From positions 30,690,001-30,754,000 of the forward strand of contig OX597827.1 in the NCBI GenBank assembly GCA_951406725.2: a stretch of 64,000 bases of DNA. The letters run 5' to 3'. Under the pieces are notes generated by a model, which searched no databases, was not told the DNA's origin, and saw nothing but the letters and a program-made list of their open reading frames with translations. The stretch's first letter is position 1. Every line of letters begins with the position of its first letter. Made by a program: the position numbers and the translations under genes. This stretch comes from Octopus vulgaris (taxonomy: Eukaryota). This document shows positions 1-13,847 of this stretch, piece after piece.

Positions 1-653
1 TTCCGAAAGTGAAAACAGTGAATCCGAGAGCTCTGACAGCGATAAAGAAAATGAATTGGCACCTGAATGGAGTGAAAATTTAAAAACTGTTTCTTTCGGT
101 GATTTTTCTGAAGAAACTGGACCAAGCCACAGTCTTTCCCAGGAGAGTAAAGCCTTAGACTATTTCTATTTACTTTTTCGAATGAGCCTATTTGAAATCA
201 TTACGGCGGAAACGAACCATTACGCTAAATGTAAACAAAGCGAAAGAAAGGATAGTTTGAAATTAAGGCCTATTTTGCCATAAATATTATTATGGGTATC
301 AGAAAGTTACCCAGAATAACAAATTCTATAGTAAAATTTTGTTGCATACCCAATTGAATATTAGCTAATAACCCATTTTCTATAGCGATGTTTGAACAAA
401 AATTTTAATAATTTTATATTTTGTTGAATTTACCTGTATCTACCTGCAATTAGAGTCACTTTGTGACAAAAATTATAGTATAGAATTAGTTGAGAACATT
501 TCATTAAATTATCTTCAAAAAATCATTTTAATATATTGATAAATAAAAAAGTTATAGTTGTTTAATGAAACCAGACTAAATTTATGATTATGTTAGAAAT
601 TAATTGAAACACATAAGGGGTATATTTTGGTCAGAAATATAGTAACGAAAGGG
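1..653 (+). mobile_element. Non-autonomous piggyBac element (3' part; 5' part lies upstream of the window)
   Basis: Ends GTAACGAAAGGG (642-653) followed by TTAA (654-657). ORF 56-283 (ALDYFYLLFRMSLFEIITAETNHYA) resembles the start of the piggyBac transposase core. Closely similar to the reverse complement of 61326-61998. Confidence 0.85.
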
Positions 654-1568
654 TTAAGGACATGAAGGTAGAGAAAGCAGCTGAGATTTTTAAAATATCT
701 GCTGGAGTAGGATATGGGCCAATCATTTGAATGGTCAATCAGCTTTCCTCTCTATGATAACCCTCTATCTCCTCCTCCTCCTCCTTTTCATCAACTGATT
801 CAACTGGTGTTTCTCTGAATCTCTGACTGTTTCAGAGCTCTTTAAGCTTCCTTAGCTTCCTTCACCAAACTGGTTTGTGCACAATCCGCTTTCTCCAAAC
901 AGTGCAAAATTCCATATTTTTTCAGGCAAAATTTATCTTGGAATACATAATGCAGTATGTCCTCCTCTTAAGACAGCAAGAATAGTTTGAGGGATATTTG
1001 TCCTGTAAAAGGTAATTTGGTGTGTATTGTAATGGAAAGAAGTAGATATATGTATGTAATACATATATCTGAATGTCCAAGAGTTTAACCAGTGGGGTCT
1101 AAGAGTTTGACCAGTGGGGGTCCACCTAAGATTTTCTTATTAAAATTTATCTGCAATAATCTTGTTATACTTCTATACAATACACAAAATATTTTAACAA
1201 TTTCTCTATAGAATTTCTAATAATATTTAATCATAAAAATATTCTTTTATTCATTTTAGCCACGTATCTGCAGTTCATACAGGAGCACCACCGGACTTTT
1301 TAAACATTGAATGGCTATGAGGGCACATCCATGTAAAATAGCAATTACCTTTGCTCCCACTGTCATCATCATCATCATCATCATCATCTTCAACATTTTA
1401 TGTCCATAAATTGACAGACTGATACAACATCTCATCATGGGTTTTAGCATTTTGTTAGTATTCCTGCTGTGAGGTTTAGCAATTTGAAACCACATCCCTG
1501 CCTGCCAGTTTTCCTTGGTTTCCCTCTTCCCTGAATACTCTTTATAACTGCATGCAGTCCTTTTGCAG

Positions 1569-1798
1569 CAGTGGTTCTTAACTATTTTTTCCAATGGGCC
1601 CCTTTGATTCCTGTTTTACACAAATGCACCCTTCTAATCATTCTATGTTTTAAAAATCCTAGAGTATTTTTATAATTAAGCATAATTAGGAATTGTATAC
1701 AAAAAAATTGTTAAAATAGTTTGTGAATTGTAGAAGCATAAAAGCAGAATCTTTTACGGACCCCCAAGGGCCATATGGATCCTGGCTGAGAACCACTG
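1569..1798. mobile_element. hAT (Charlie-like) MITE
   Basis: TIRs CAGTGGTTCTTAAC / GCTGAGAACCACTG; degenerate 8-bp flanks ttttgcag / tttttaag (6/8). Related fragments near 1090-1250 and 41270-41310. Confidence 0.6.
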
Positions 1799-3379
1799 TT
1801 TTTAAGCCACCATTCATTAGTCATTTGCATCATAAGTCCACACAAGTGCTATTGTCTCTCTAAGACACTTTGATTGTTGAATTTTCAGTGCCAAGACTTT
1901 ACAGTTTTGAAATAATATATAACTATAGAGAAATTTGTCAGTAAATGATGTCAGAAATGGGAGTTAATCAGAAGTCATACAATCTCATAAGAAATTTGAG
2001 TTGATGTTAGAAAGAAATTTAGTGAACAACAAGCTGTGAAGTGTATTAAAACCACTCACAAGCATCCATTCGTATGCACAGACACACTCACACACATATG
2101 CTCAATCAGTCAAGGCTATCAGGTGCTACCAAACATCAATAACAATAACTGTGCTGTTTAAATTGTGTTCTAAATATGCAAGATAAGGTATGAAAGTGGA
2201 AATTGAAAACCAGGAATAACAAGAAAGAAAATTAGATGATAATTATTCATAATACTAAGCAGGAGATAAAATCCGACATCACCCGTACCTCAATGAGAAA
2301 TTTGTTAGCTTAAAAGCAAGATTCCAACAAACAGATCAACATTGTTAATCTCTCAATTTCAAAATGAAATACAAACATTTGTTGCTTTGTTTTTAAACAT
2401 CTAATCTAGGAATAAGCCATATCTTGTAAAAGAATCACATTGACAAAACTCCAAATAGCCTTATAAACTCAGACAATTTTCTGAATATATTTCGGTTTGT
2501 TGCTTTATTGGTATCACATCCAATACAAATTTTTTTCCTTCAATTTAGAATTATCAGCTATGTTTTTTGTTCAAAGTGATATCAAAATCATTGTTGTCTA
2601 ATAAATATTATCAATTATTATTATCACAACTCAGGTGCAGGCATGGCTGTGTGGTTGAGAAGTTTACTTCCAAACCATGTGGTTTTTGATTCAGTCCCAA
2701 TGTAAGGCACTATAAGCAAGTGTCTTTTTCTATAGCCCTGGGCCATGAGTGGATTTGGTAGATGGAAACTGAAAAAGCCCTTTCATATATATATATATAT
2801 ATATATATATTCACACACACACATGTGTACATGTGTGTATGTTTATGCGTTTTCCTCATGTTCACTTGTGTGTAAACAATGGCCTCTTGACAGTGTCATT
2901 GTTATGCAGTCCACCATGAAAGGGTATCTGGTCTTCCCATTATGTCTTGAAATGTTTCACAATCTTTATAAACAAAAGGTTCCTTAAACATTGTGTTTCG
3001 TGTTCTCCACATAAAACATGTCACAGCTTTTATTTATTCAATAGACTGGGAGATTATCACCTCAATCGGAAACAAGTGGAGGTTGGTAGCAAGAAGGCCA
3101 TCCAGCCAGAGAAAAACTCTACCTCAATGTTCTCTCATCTGACCCTCACAACCATGCAAAAGTAAACATTAAAATGATGATGATGATGATGACAGTTAGA
3201 AAGAAAGGTTTCATTAAAGAATTACACAGAGCAATTACTAATGAGCACAATTATTTTGAGAGGCAGGATTATATGAACTTCAGGTTTTATAAATGTTCTT
3301 ATTTCTATTTTGAGTTATCAATTTATAGACTGTGATAACACTGTCTCTCAATATATTAGAGATTTTGATTATGTCTTGA

Positions 3380-4060
3380 TTTCACCCTCTACAGTCAAGA
3401 TTGTTTGCTGGAAGCTGTCCAGAGACATACAGCCAAAACAAATAACCTCTGTCAGTCGTTCTGTCTTGCTTCTCTGAACATTGACACACTAAAGTTTCAA
3501 CATCTAGCAGCTGACCTGGTAGAAGCCCACAAGATTATCTACCATCTTTAAGTGTTAAAGGGTTTAAAGGACCGATTCAGGGGTCAGAGAATTGGCAAAA
3601 TTGTTAGAGCGTATCACCAGGCATTCTGTAATATCTGTACTGTCTCCTTGCCTTCTGAGTTCAAATCTCAGCCTGGAGCTTCAAAACAACATCTTTTTGG
3701 ATTTGATACTTCAATTACCCATGGAATTACTTATAAAATCAAAAGACAGCTCAATATCCATGATTTACAGAAACATTTTTCTTTTGCTCAGAAATGTGGA
3801 AGCATGAAATAAATTGTGTCAGTTGTTAGCCAACAGAACACTACATCCTTAAAAGATTCCATGCTTCCCCAAATTTACCAATCTACCTCTGACATGTCCA
3901 TACAGTCTTTCCTCACCTTTATGGCTCTTTTACTGTTCACTTTTCTGTGTCCTCCTCATGTACTTTGGGCTTTCATTGCTATCTTTCTTTACTCAACTTA
4001 TTGTAGTTTTATGTTCCCTCTTTTACCCTTTTCTGACAGGTTGTAGTGTATCTGGGTACT
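3380..4060 (+). mobile_element. Degraded CR1/Jockey-group LINE 3' end (RT C-terminus plus 3' UTR), with a SINE fragment inserted at about 3575-3680
   Basis: Frameshifted peptides LLEAVQRH..., LNIDTLKFQHLAADLVEAHKIIY and THGITYKIKRQLNIHDLQKHF resemble the CR1-type LE.VQRRA / RRL..DL...YKI / TRGH..K...RK.FF tail. A similar 3' UTR recurs at about 30245-30390 (+) and 47490-47740 (-). Confidence 0.6.
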
Positions 4061-4445
4061 TTTTATTCTTTTATTCTTTCACTTGTTTCAGTCATTTGAC
4101 TGCGGCCATGCTGGAGCACCGTCTTTAGTCAAACAAATCGACCCCAAGTCTTATTCTTTGTAAGCCTAGTACTTATTCTATCGGCCTCTTTTGCTGAACT
4201 GCTAAGTTACGGGGATGCAAACACACCAGCATCGGTTGTCAAGCGATGCTGGGGGGACAAACACACATACATATATATATATGATGGGCTTCTTTCAGTT
4301 TCCATCTATCAAATCCACTCACAAGGCTTTGGTGGGCCCAAGGCTATAGTAGAAGACAGTTGTCCAAGGTGCCACGCAGTGGGACTGAACCTGGAACCAT
4401 GTGGTTGGTAAGCAAGCTACTTACCCCACAGCCACTCCTGCGCCT
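4061..4445 (-). mobile_element. Full-length tRNA-derived SINE, family A (CORE-like body, internal TA/CA microsatellite)
   Basis: On the minus strand: A-box TGGCTGTGGGG, B-box GGTTCAGTCCC, CORE-like GCACCTTGGACAACTGTCTT, tail ...GACTGAAACAAGTGAAAGAATAAAAG. Many copies in the window. Confidence 0.85.
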
Positions 4446-5251
4446 GTATACAACAAACTCATTATTACTACAAGTGTAAAACACTCAAACTTGTTTCCTT
4501 ATGTTATAAAAATTTCGATTGTCTTCAGTTTTGTTCCATAGTGAAGTCTGTTTAAATCATAACACTCAAATACCATGACAAACAGAATGATACTATAGAT
4601 GAGCTAGACAATGGATCGGAGTTAATGAAAAAAAAAACAAAAGGCTGATGTTAAACCAAAACTTTTTGAAGACCAGTCAATAAAATTTTTTTAATTCTGG
4701 TGTTCATCCTGGAACTTTGCTGAATAAAGTATTTTGTCCCAAACCTCACAGAATGCAATGCTTTTCAGAGCAGTCTTTATTTCATCGATGTTTTATTTCC
4801 TCATTTCTCTGATCAGTGTCACTTCCTTCGACTTACACTTCTAATCTGATTAACTCTTCCTCTCCATTTAGAATCTTACTGTTTGCCTGACTGACTGATT
4901 ACAACAGGTAAGAATAACAATGGCAGTCAAGTGGAAGTTACTTCCCTTTGAAAGTGTAACATTCGAACTCATGTCGTGACGTGCAGAATAATTATTGTGT
5001 GAATGTGTGTACATGTGTATAATATATAAATGTATAATGTGTGTGTTTGTATACGCGTGCGCACTGCTTAATTTGTTGTTCAGCCCAAGATCAATCCTTG
5101 AAGAGCAACTTATGATCAAAGTCATTCTAGCCTTACATGAGGTCTGAAAGGTTACTTGTGGATACATGCCATGTTATATAAATCTGCCATTTTAAGGTAT
5201 CTTAAAGCATGAAACTATCAGAAGCTCTTTTGTAATTGTGCATATTAAATG

Positions 5252-5819
<568 letters not shown>

Positions 5820-6029
5820 TTATATAAATATAAATATATAAGGATCTTCATTGTCAAGTGTGTTCTTCATGTTTTTAAAAGATAGTAGAGTGTGATTTAA
5901 ATGAAATTTGAGAGCTATTTCTATCACCATGAAGAACCAGGTAAAGGTTCCTTTATTAAACTTACATCTAGTTTCCCATGCTTGCATGAATATTGCAAGA
6001 GCAGTTATTTATTTATATTTTTCTAGCGA

Positions 6030-6488
6030 GAAGACTTTGCTACCATTAAGTGACCGAGACCTTTGGAGATATGCTGTGCTTGAGAAGACCTGGCAAGCCA
6101 AGTGAGACCATAACTGTGGCCTATGCCAGTGCTGCATAACCAGCTCATTTAAGAGTACCCTTCGATCATTGGGCAGTAAACTACGCATGATCGTTGCCAG
6201 GGCCACCTGACTGGCTCCTGTGCTGGTGGCACATAAAAAGCACCATTCAAACTTGGTTGATGCTGGTACAGCTTGACTGGCCCTCATGCCAATGGCATGT
6301 AAAAGCACCCACTACACTTTCGAAGTAGTTGGCATTAGGAAGGACATCCAGTGGTAGGAACCTTGCCAGATCAGATTGGAGGCTGGTGCAGCCTCCTGGC
6401 TTGCCAGTTACCAGTTAAACCGTCCAACCCATGCCAGCATGGAAAGTGGACGTTAAACGACGACGATGATGATGATGATGATGATGAT
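6030..6488 (+). mobile_element. Family C short retroelement ending in (GAT)n, probably mobilised by an RTE-type LINE
   Basis: Shared 3' block GTTGGCRTTAGGAAGGGCATCCAGC...CAACCCATGCCAGCATGGAAA...GGACGTTAAACGATGATGAT. Other copies at about 14695-14940(-), 15210-15450, 20655-21150, 21630-21840(-), 24030-24182, 24362-24642, 33545-33720(-), 57850-58048, 60530-60745, 62585-62900 and 63235-63450. The RTE partner is inference. Confidence 0.7.
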
Positions 6489-6798
6489 ATTGAACTTGTT
6501 TTTCTTGTTATTTTTTAGATCCAGGTTGGGATTTGAACTCAGAAGGCAAGGAATGTCTTGTGCTACGCTCTAACAATCTTGCCAATTCTCTGACTCCTGG
6601 ATTGGTCCATTAAACCCTTTAGCACTTAAACCAGCCCTAACTGACCTAACTGAATATATTTCCTGTTTTATGCACATGCATGCCATATCTGGCTTCTCAC
6701 ACCAACTCTACAATGTTATTTTAAATCAATTCATGTCATTGAAATCTTGAAGATATGAGATAAAGGTAGAAGAGATAATGAATGTGTTTGCTTGGCAA

Positions 6799-7216
6799 TT
6801 TATTCTTTTATTTCTTTACTTGTTTCAGTCATGTGACTGCGACCATACTGGAGCACCACCTTTAGTCAAGCAAATCGACCTCAGGACTTATTCTTCTAAG
6901 TTATGAGGACGTAAGGACACCAACATCGATTGTCAAGTGATGTTGGGAGGACAAACACAGACACACAAACATATACATACATAATATATATATATATATA
7001 TCCATATATACATACATATATATATACACACAAACACACACACACACATACATACAGATATATATATACGACAGGCTTCTTTTAGCTTTCGTCTACCAAA
7101 TCCACTCACAAGGCTTTGGTTAACATGAGGCTATAGTAGAAGACACCAAGGTACCACACAGTGGGACTGAACCCGGAACCATGTGGTTGGGAAGCAAGCT
7201 ACTTACCACACAGCCA
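6799..7216 (-). mobile_element. SINE family A copy
   Basis: Same head, body and tail as 4061-4445, with an internal deletion. Confidence 0.8.
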
Positions 7217-7363
7217 GTCTGTACAAAATATTAATTTTTGTTTAGCTGAATCTCTGGTGTTTATGCTTTTTTTGTGTATATAGTGTTTGTGTGTATGTAT
7301 GTATGTATATTTGTGTATGTTAGTATATGTATGTGTGTTTATGTGCACGTATGGATATTTGTG

Positions 7364-7529
7364 AGGTGTGGCCGTGTGGTAAGTAACTTGCTTAACAACC
7401 ACATGGTTCTGGGTTCAGTCTCACTGCATGGCACCCTGGGCAAGTGTCTTCTACTATAGTTTCAGGCCAATCAAAGCCTTGAGTAGATTTGGTAGATGGA
7501 AACTGAAAGAAGTCCGTCGTATATATGTA

Positions 7530-7566
<37 letters not shown>

Positions 7567-7567
7567 G

Positions 7568-7604
<37 letters not shown>

Positions 7605-7608
7605 ACAT

Positions 7609-7679
<71 letters not shown>

Positions 7680-8097
7680 GGTCCCGGGTTGAGTCGGGGT
7701 TAACCACAGTAAATAAGGTACTCAATACATAGCAGAGTAAATTAATTTATTATATAGAAGGAGCTTCTACAGGACTAGAACTGTTTCATTCAAAAGAAAT
7801 CATTTCCTGATGATTTCTTTTGAATGAAACAGTTTTAGTCCTGTAGAAGCTCCTTCTATATAATAAATATATATATATATATATATATGTATGTTTGTGT
7901 ATCTGTGTTTGAGTGTCTGTGTTTCTTCTCCCACCATCACTTGACAACCAATGCTGGTGTCTTTATGTCCCTGTAACTTAGTGGTTCAGCAAAAGACACC
8001 GATAGAACAAGTACTAGGCTTACAAAACAATAAGTCCTGGGGTTGATTTGCTTGACTAAAGATGGTGCTCCAGCTGAAACAATTAAAAGAAAAGAAT
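7364..8097 (+). mobile_element. SINE family A copy interrupted by a fold-back insertion
   Basis: Head 7364-7520 and tail about 7890-8097, separated by (TATC)n/(TA)n and the 7680-7868 insert. Confidence 0.75.
7745..7868. repeat. Near-perfect palindrome, 59-bp arms and 6-nt loop (Penelope-like inverted terminus)
   Basis: 7745-7803 is the reverse complement of 7810-7868 with one mismatch. Contains CTGATGA-tttc-tttt-gaat-GAAAC. Confidence 0.9.
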
Positions 8098-8984
8098 ACA
8101 GATACATACACACATATATACATTACTTACCCCAAAATACATACATACACACAAACACATACTACATGACTATAAGTGATTCGGCTGAAAAGAAAGATTA
8201 AAGAAATAAATATTTTGTCTGGAAATTGCTGGATAAACACTTTCATAATCATGCTATTTTAACCAAAAGATTCCACAATGTGAAGAATATTATATTGAGT
8301 TAGCAGAATTATAACCATGTCAGGCAAAATGCTAAGCAGCATTTTATCGATCTTTACGTTTTGAGTTCAAATTCCATTAAGGTTGACTTGGCTATTTATT
8401 ATCCTTTTGGGGCCAATGAAATAAGTACCAGTTGAACACAGGGGGTTGATGTAATTGACTTAGACCCTCCTTTGAAATTGCTGGTGTTGTGCCAACATTT
8501 GAAATCAGTGATACATTTGATAGAGTAATCTGAATGTGGAAGGGTTAATTAAGAATCCTGAAAGGACATAAAGCAATATTGACTTGGTGAGATTTGAACT
8601 CAGAATTCAGTGAGTCAGTTAACACCAGAGAGCAAACACAAATGGTTGTTTCTATTCCTATTTCTACCTGATGCTTTAACAGGGAATTTACCATCCTATT
8701 CCTCTTGGATGGATTGCAGCAGCAGAAAACAACAGCCACAATAAAATAATAATAACGATGATGATGATGATGATGATGATAATCCTCTCTGCTATAGGCT
8801 CAAGGCCTGAATTTTTTTGGGAAGGGCCAGTCGATTGGATTGACCCCAGTACATAAGAGGTACTTGATTTATTGACCCCGAAAAGATGGAAAGAAAAGTT
8901 GACCTCAGCAGAATTGGAACTCAGAACATAAAGACAGATGAAATGCTGCTAAGCATTTTGTCTGGCATGCTAACGATTCTGTCA

Positions 8985-9023
<39 letters not shown>

Positions 9024-9025
<2 letters not shown>

Positions 9026-9371
9026 CAAGACTACTCAGAGAGCTCAAACCTCTGCCAAGGCAACATCAACGTCCTCTCAACGATTAGTCAGAGATGATTT
9101 TTCAAATGAGAATATCTGAAATAAACTCAACTGCTCTCACAAATGAGAATACTAAAAATGAACCCGACCGGTCTCAAAAATTAAGTAAAAAAACAAGAAA
9201 AATAATCTAGAATCCGTGTCTGGTACTGGATCGATCCCAAAATCTAATCAGTCCGTGTCAGTCACGAGGCCAAACATCCCTGAAAGTTTCATCTGAATCC
9301 ATCCAGCGGTTCTTAAGACAAACAAACACAACTGAAAACAATACCTCCGCCTTTGCTAAGGCAGAGGTAAT
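9024..9371 (-). mobile_element. Helentron-associated non-autonomous element (HINE/DINE-like)
   Basis: Reverse-complement copy of 40239-40598; embedded in (TAA)n. Confidence 0.65.
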
Positions 9372-9375
9372 AATG

Positions 9376-9418
<43 letters not shown>

Positions 9419-10054
9419 TATAGGTGCCAAGCAGGCAGAATCATTTGCACACTGGGCAAAATACTAAAAGGTGAACTTTGCCTTTCATCCTTTCAGGGTC
9501 AATAAAATAAAGCACCAGTTGGGCACTGGGGTTGATGTAATCGATTCACCCCACCTCCTCTGAAATTGCTAGCCTTGTATGAAAATTTGAAATTAATAAT
9601 GATGATGATCATCATCATCATAATAACAATAACAACAACAACAATAATAATACTAATAATGATAATAATAATAATAACAACAACAACAACAACAATAATA
9701 ATAGTGATGATAATAATAATAATAATAATAGTAACGATAATCATAAACTAACTGAATAATGTAACTGAAAAAAAAAACAAAAAAGGCCATCACCACAACA
9801 ATACGTTTATGAAAAACTTAATGAGCTGTGACTAATTTGTTGATGATGGAAATGATATTTCATACGTATTGTTATAAGAATAGTCAAGAGCAAACGTGAC
9901 AATAAGGAAGGATGGAGGTGGGTGCTGGCAGGTGTGTGTGCGTGTGCAAAAGAATGTGAATGTGTGTGTGTGTGTGTGCAAGTGTGTAGAGTTAACTTGT
10001 TTGATGACTGTTTGACACAAAAGATCGGAATAATATCAAGAAGTCAACACTTAC

Positions 10055-10097
10055 CTGAGGGTAGTTTACTAATGCCATCTTCACTAACTTCAGAGCC
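10055..10097 (-). CDS. E93: Micro-exon (43 nt, phase 0-1), probably the next exon of the same gene: GSEVSEDGISKLPS
   Basis: Minus strand reads tcttttcatgttgaccttttcag|GGCTCTGAAG...CCCTCAG|gtaagt: perfect donor, good acceptor, open in phase 0 as the preceding exon requires. The peptide itself is not diagnostic. Confidence 0.6.
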
Positions 10098-11294
10098 CTG
10101 AAAAGGTCAACATGAAAAGATATTTATATAGTGACAATCTTGGGGTTTTTTCATTCAGAAACTATTCAGGTAGCAATTTATCCTTATAGAAGTTCTAGAG
10201 AGAAGTGAGAGAGAGCAGGAGGGAAGGAAAGACAGAGAGAGAGAGAGAAAGAGAGGGGGATGGAAGGAAGTAAAAAAGAGATAGGCAGAAAGATAGGTAG
10301 GTAGGTAGGTAGAGTGAATGAGAAAGAAAGACTCTGTGTGTGTATGTGTGTGTTTGAAATAAACAAGTCTTTAGAGAATTAAGTGCCCTTAACTGGGTCA
10401 ATAACAATAGGCACTGTTGGTTGTTAGAATCTTTGAAATAGAAGATATGAAGAAACAGGGAACATCTTAACTGATACAAGACTGGTGTGGGTAAGTATGT
10501 CCAAAAAAGTCATTGCCAACATTGTTACACACACACACTGGTATGTAGGTACAGATATATATTAATGTGTAAATGTATATATATGAGAAAGTGTGTATCA
10601 CACACACACACAAACATACACACACATGTACACAAATGCATATACAAACATATATATACATTGATTAGTCATGGGATTCATTAGAATCCAGGTGCATCAA
10701 CACATAGGATGCCATAACTGGCTAGGTGCCATGATGTGGGGTTCATGAGATAAAACAACCATGAGGTATCATGTGTTTATAGTGTACTGCAGGTGTGTGT
10801 ATATATATATGTAGGTACCAAATTCAATATAAACCATAGGTCCAACTCAGTGTTAGTTTCAGGTGTGGGGTAGATATAAAAAGAACTCAAATGGGGTTTA
10901 AAATTTACTGTAGCTGTTTTGGTAGAATTTTATTGATGTAGTCATAGATAACACCATGGTATAAATCCACCATCTTCAGGTAAAACTTTGAACAGGTGTA
11001 AACAGGCAAGGTAAGACCTTGAAGATGATCTATCCAACAAATGGAACGATGTTCTTTTATTCTTTTATTTGTTTCAGTCAATTAACTGCAGCCATGTGGA
11101 GCAACATCTTTAGTCAAACACATTGACCCCAGGACTTATTCTCTGTAAGCCTAGTACTTATTCTATCGATGTCTTTTGCCAAACTGCTAGGTTACAGGGA
11201 CATAAACATACCAACATCAGTTGTCAAGCGACGGTGGGGGACAAACACAAACACACACCTACATATATTTATATATATATATAAATATACATAC

Positions 11295-11356
<62 letters not shown>

Positions 11357-12566
11357 CACCTTGGGGAAATGTTTTCTACTATTGCCCTGGATCAGCCAAA
11401 GCCTTATGAGTGGATTTGGTAGAGGGAAACTGAAATAAGCCTGCAGTATATATGTATATGTATATATGTGTGTGTTTGTGTGTACCCTTGTCTAGTCATC
11501 ATGCGACAGTTGTAAACGATCCTCATTGTCATACAAGTGAGGTTTGTTTCCAGTCTGTCATGGAAAACATGTTGAATTATGGGAGAAGACCATTGTGCTT
11601 TTCCATGCCTACTTGGATCAGATGAAGTGTGTTGAAGGAGATGTTTTTTGTGACGGATGTCCTTCCTCTTGGCTGGTTATGTTTGGAAACAAAGGACACT
11701 GCTTTGTATAATGGTGGCACTCGTTTATGACTATCGCGTAGTGTGACCACATGGGGGTACAAACACAACACACACACATATATATGTATGAATATGTATA
11801 CATACATGAATACAAACATACACATATAAATATAGATAGTTAGATGGAAAGGTAGACAAATAGATACACATACAAACACACACACACACACACACACAAA
11901 ATGATAAAACCCTAGGATATATATATATATATATGTATAGACATACTTACATAAATAAGAACCGTTGCAGCCATCATGTATATTTGTGTGTGTGTGCATG
12001 TGTGTGTGTTTTAGTTTGTTTTAACTGTCATGGTTAAGGTGACCATACTGGAGCGTCACCTTAATTATACAGCTTGTGCTAAAATTATGTAATTTATGTA
12101 AGTTTAGTAATCCTGAGGTTGACTGTTATAGAATTTAAAATCCATGATATGCGCTTTACTTCTTGCACTCATTTTAGCCAGCACAGCAAAGGCCATGCTG
12201 GAGCAACAATCTCAGATATAGTATGATATATAGTCAATACAATGATGTAAGTGTTATAACACAACAAATGACCGCTGGTTGGCTGGCTGGGCTTCTGGCC
12301 AGACTTTAGACCCTCAAAATGTATTAACATTTAAACAATAAATAAATAAACAAAAGATTATGTAATAATAATTAATGGGGTATTTAAAAAAACCCAACCC
12401 AAATGTAAATGAATGCTTGTTGGTAACTTCTGATTTAGTGAAAGTCAAATCAGTAGAACAGGGTGTGTTTTTTTTTTTTTTAATAAAAACTTATTTCTGT
12501 TCCCATCAACTCATTCCTCCACCTATACTCACACCCACACAAGTAAAAAAAGAAAGAAATTTTTTC

Positions 12567-12602
<36 letters not shown>

Positions 12603-13132
12603 TTAATGATAGTGAAAATAATAGTAATAATAATAATAATAATCATAATGATTTTTTTCCAACCTTGATCTTAAATTTTGACAATGCACATACATTCACA
12701 CACACACACACACTTGTGCTTGAATATAGATATTTGCATGTCGGCCTCTGTGTGTGTATGTGTGTGTGCCTGTGTTTTGTGTGTGTATGTATATAGGTAG
12801 ATAGATAGAAAAAAATGAAGATTAAGAGATAGATATGATTTCTGATTTATGAAAGTTAGACTTAAATATCCCGTCATTCTTACAAACCATGCACTTTTTA
12901 AAATTTTGTAAAATTATGCTCAGAAAAGAAAAAAGAGAGAAATTTGTTAGAATTTTTGAAAAATATGAACATTACAAATGGTAAAAGACAACAAATAACC
13001 AAGAGAAAAGAAAAGTGGCAAAAAAACAAAAAAAAACAAAAACAAAACAAAACCTACCTAAAAAAAAAGAAGAAAAACAACGAAAGTGAAAAAAAAACAA
13101 AAAAATGAAAATGAAGAAAATATGTTATTTAC

Positions 13133-13209
13133 AGGGTAAGTTATTTTGGAATCACAATAAAAGCAGGTTTCCTGCGGTTCCCAGTCGCTGACAACAGTTG
13201 TTTCTAAAC
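13133..13209 (-). CDS. E93: Internal coding exon (77 nt, phase 1-0) of the same gene: (R)LETTVVSDWEPQETCFYCDSKITYP
   Basis: Minus strand reads atttttctctttctcacag|GTTTAGAAACA...TACCCT|gtaaat. The phase matches the 32867-32935 exon. The DW-x4-5-C-x2-C motif (DWEPQETCFYC) parallels LCORL DWSMDEKCSFC and the equivalent insect E93 motif. The donor is weaker than consensus. Confidence 0.75.
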
Positions 13210-13847
13210 CTGTGAGAAAGAGAAAAATAAAAGTATAAAAAATATCCCGTTAATATCTTTGTTAATAAATATGTAAGAGTATAAAATAATATACAAAGAT
13301 GTGTTATCAAAGAAAAAAAAAGTAAAAAACAAAACAAAACATGAACATCTTATAATGATGTTGTTGTTGTTGTTGGTTTGTTATTTAATATATGCGGCAA
13401 ACAAATGCTGGTTTGAACAGTTGAGTTAAACACAATTACAAAAAGGTCACAAGTGATCAAAGGAAATCCTGCCGTGAAGAAGTTAACGAGTTGGAAAAAA
13501 AAAAGTATGACAAGGACAAGAAATAAAAAAAACTTTTTAAAAGCCAGAAAGAAAAAAGGAAAGTTTGGTTGTCATTTGCTTGTTGTGGTGGCTTAGTGTT
13601 AAGGGAAGTGAAATGACTTGAAAAAAAGAGAAAACAGAATGATAAAGAGGTTATATATATATATATATATAAACATACATACACACACATACATGTTAAT
13701 ATCAAACAGCAAGAATGTGTGCACAACGCCACATTGGAGGGTAAATATTCTTATATTTGTGGGTTAACAAGGCAACCAATGGTTTCATGTCCAGAGATAT
13801 TCACAATTATTCAAGTGTGCAACATGGAAGAGTTGGTACTTCACATG

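Noticed and set aside
13131-13142. Plus-strand donor-like GG|GTAAGT overlapping the minus-strand exon
   Set aside because: No plausible plus-strand exon or acceptor upstream (A-rich tract); the minus-strand reading has protein-family support.
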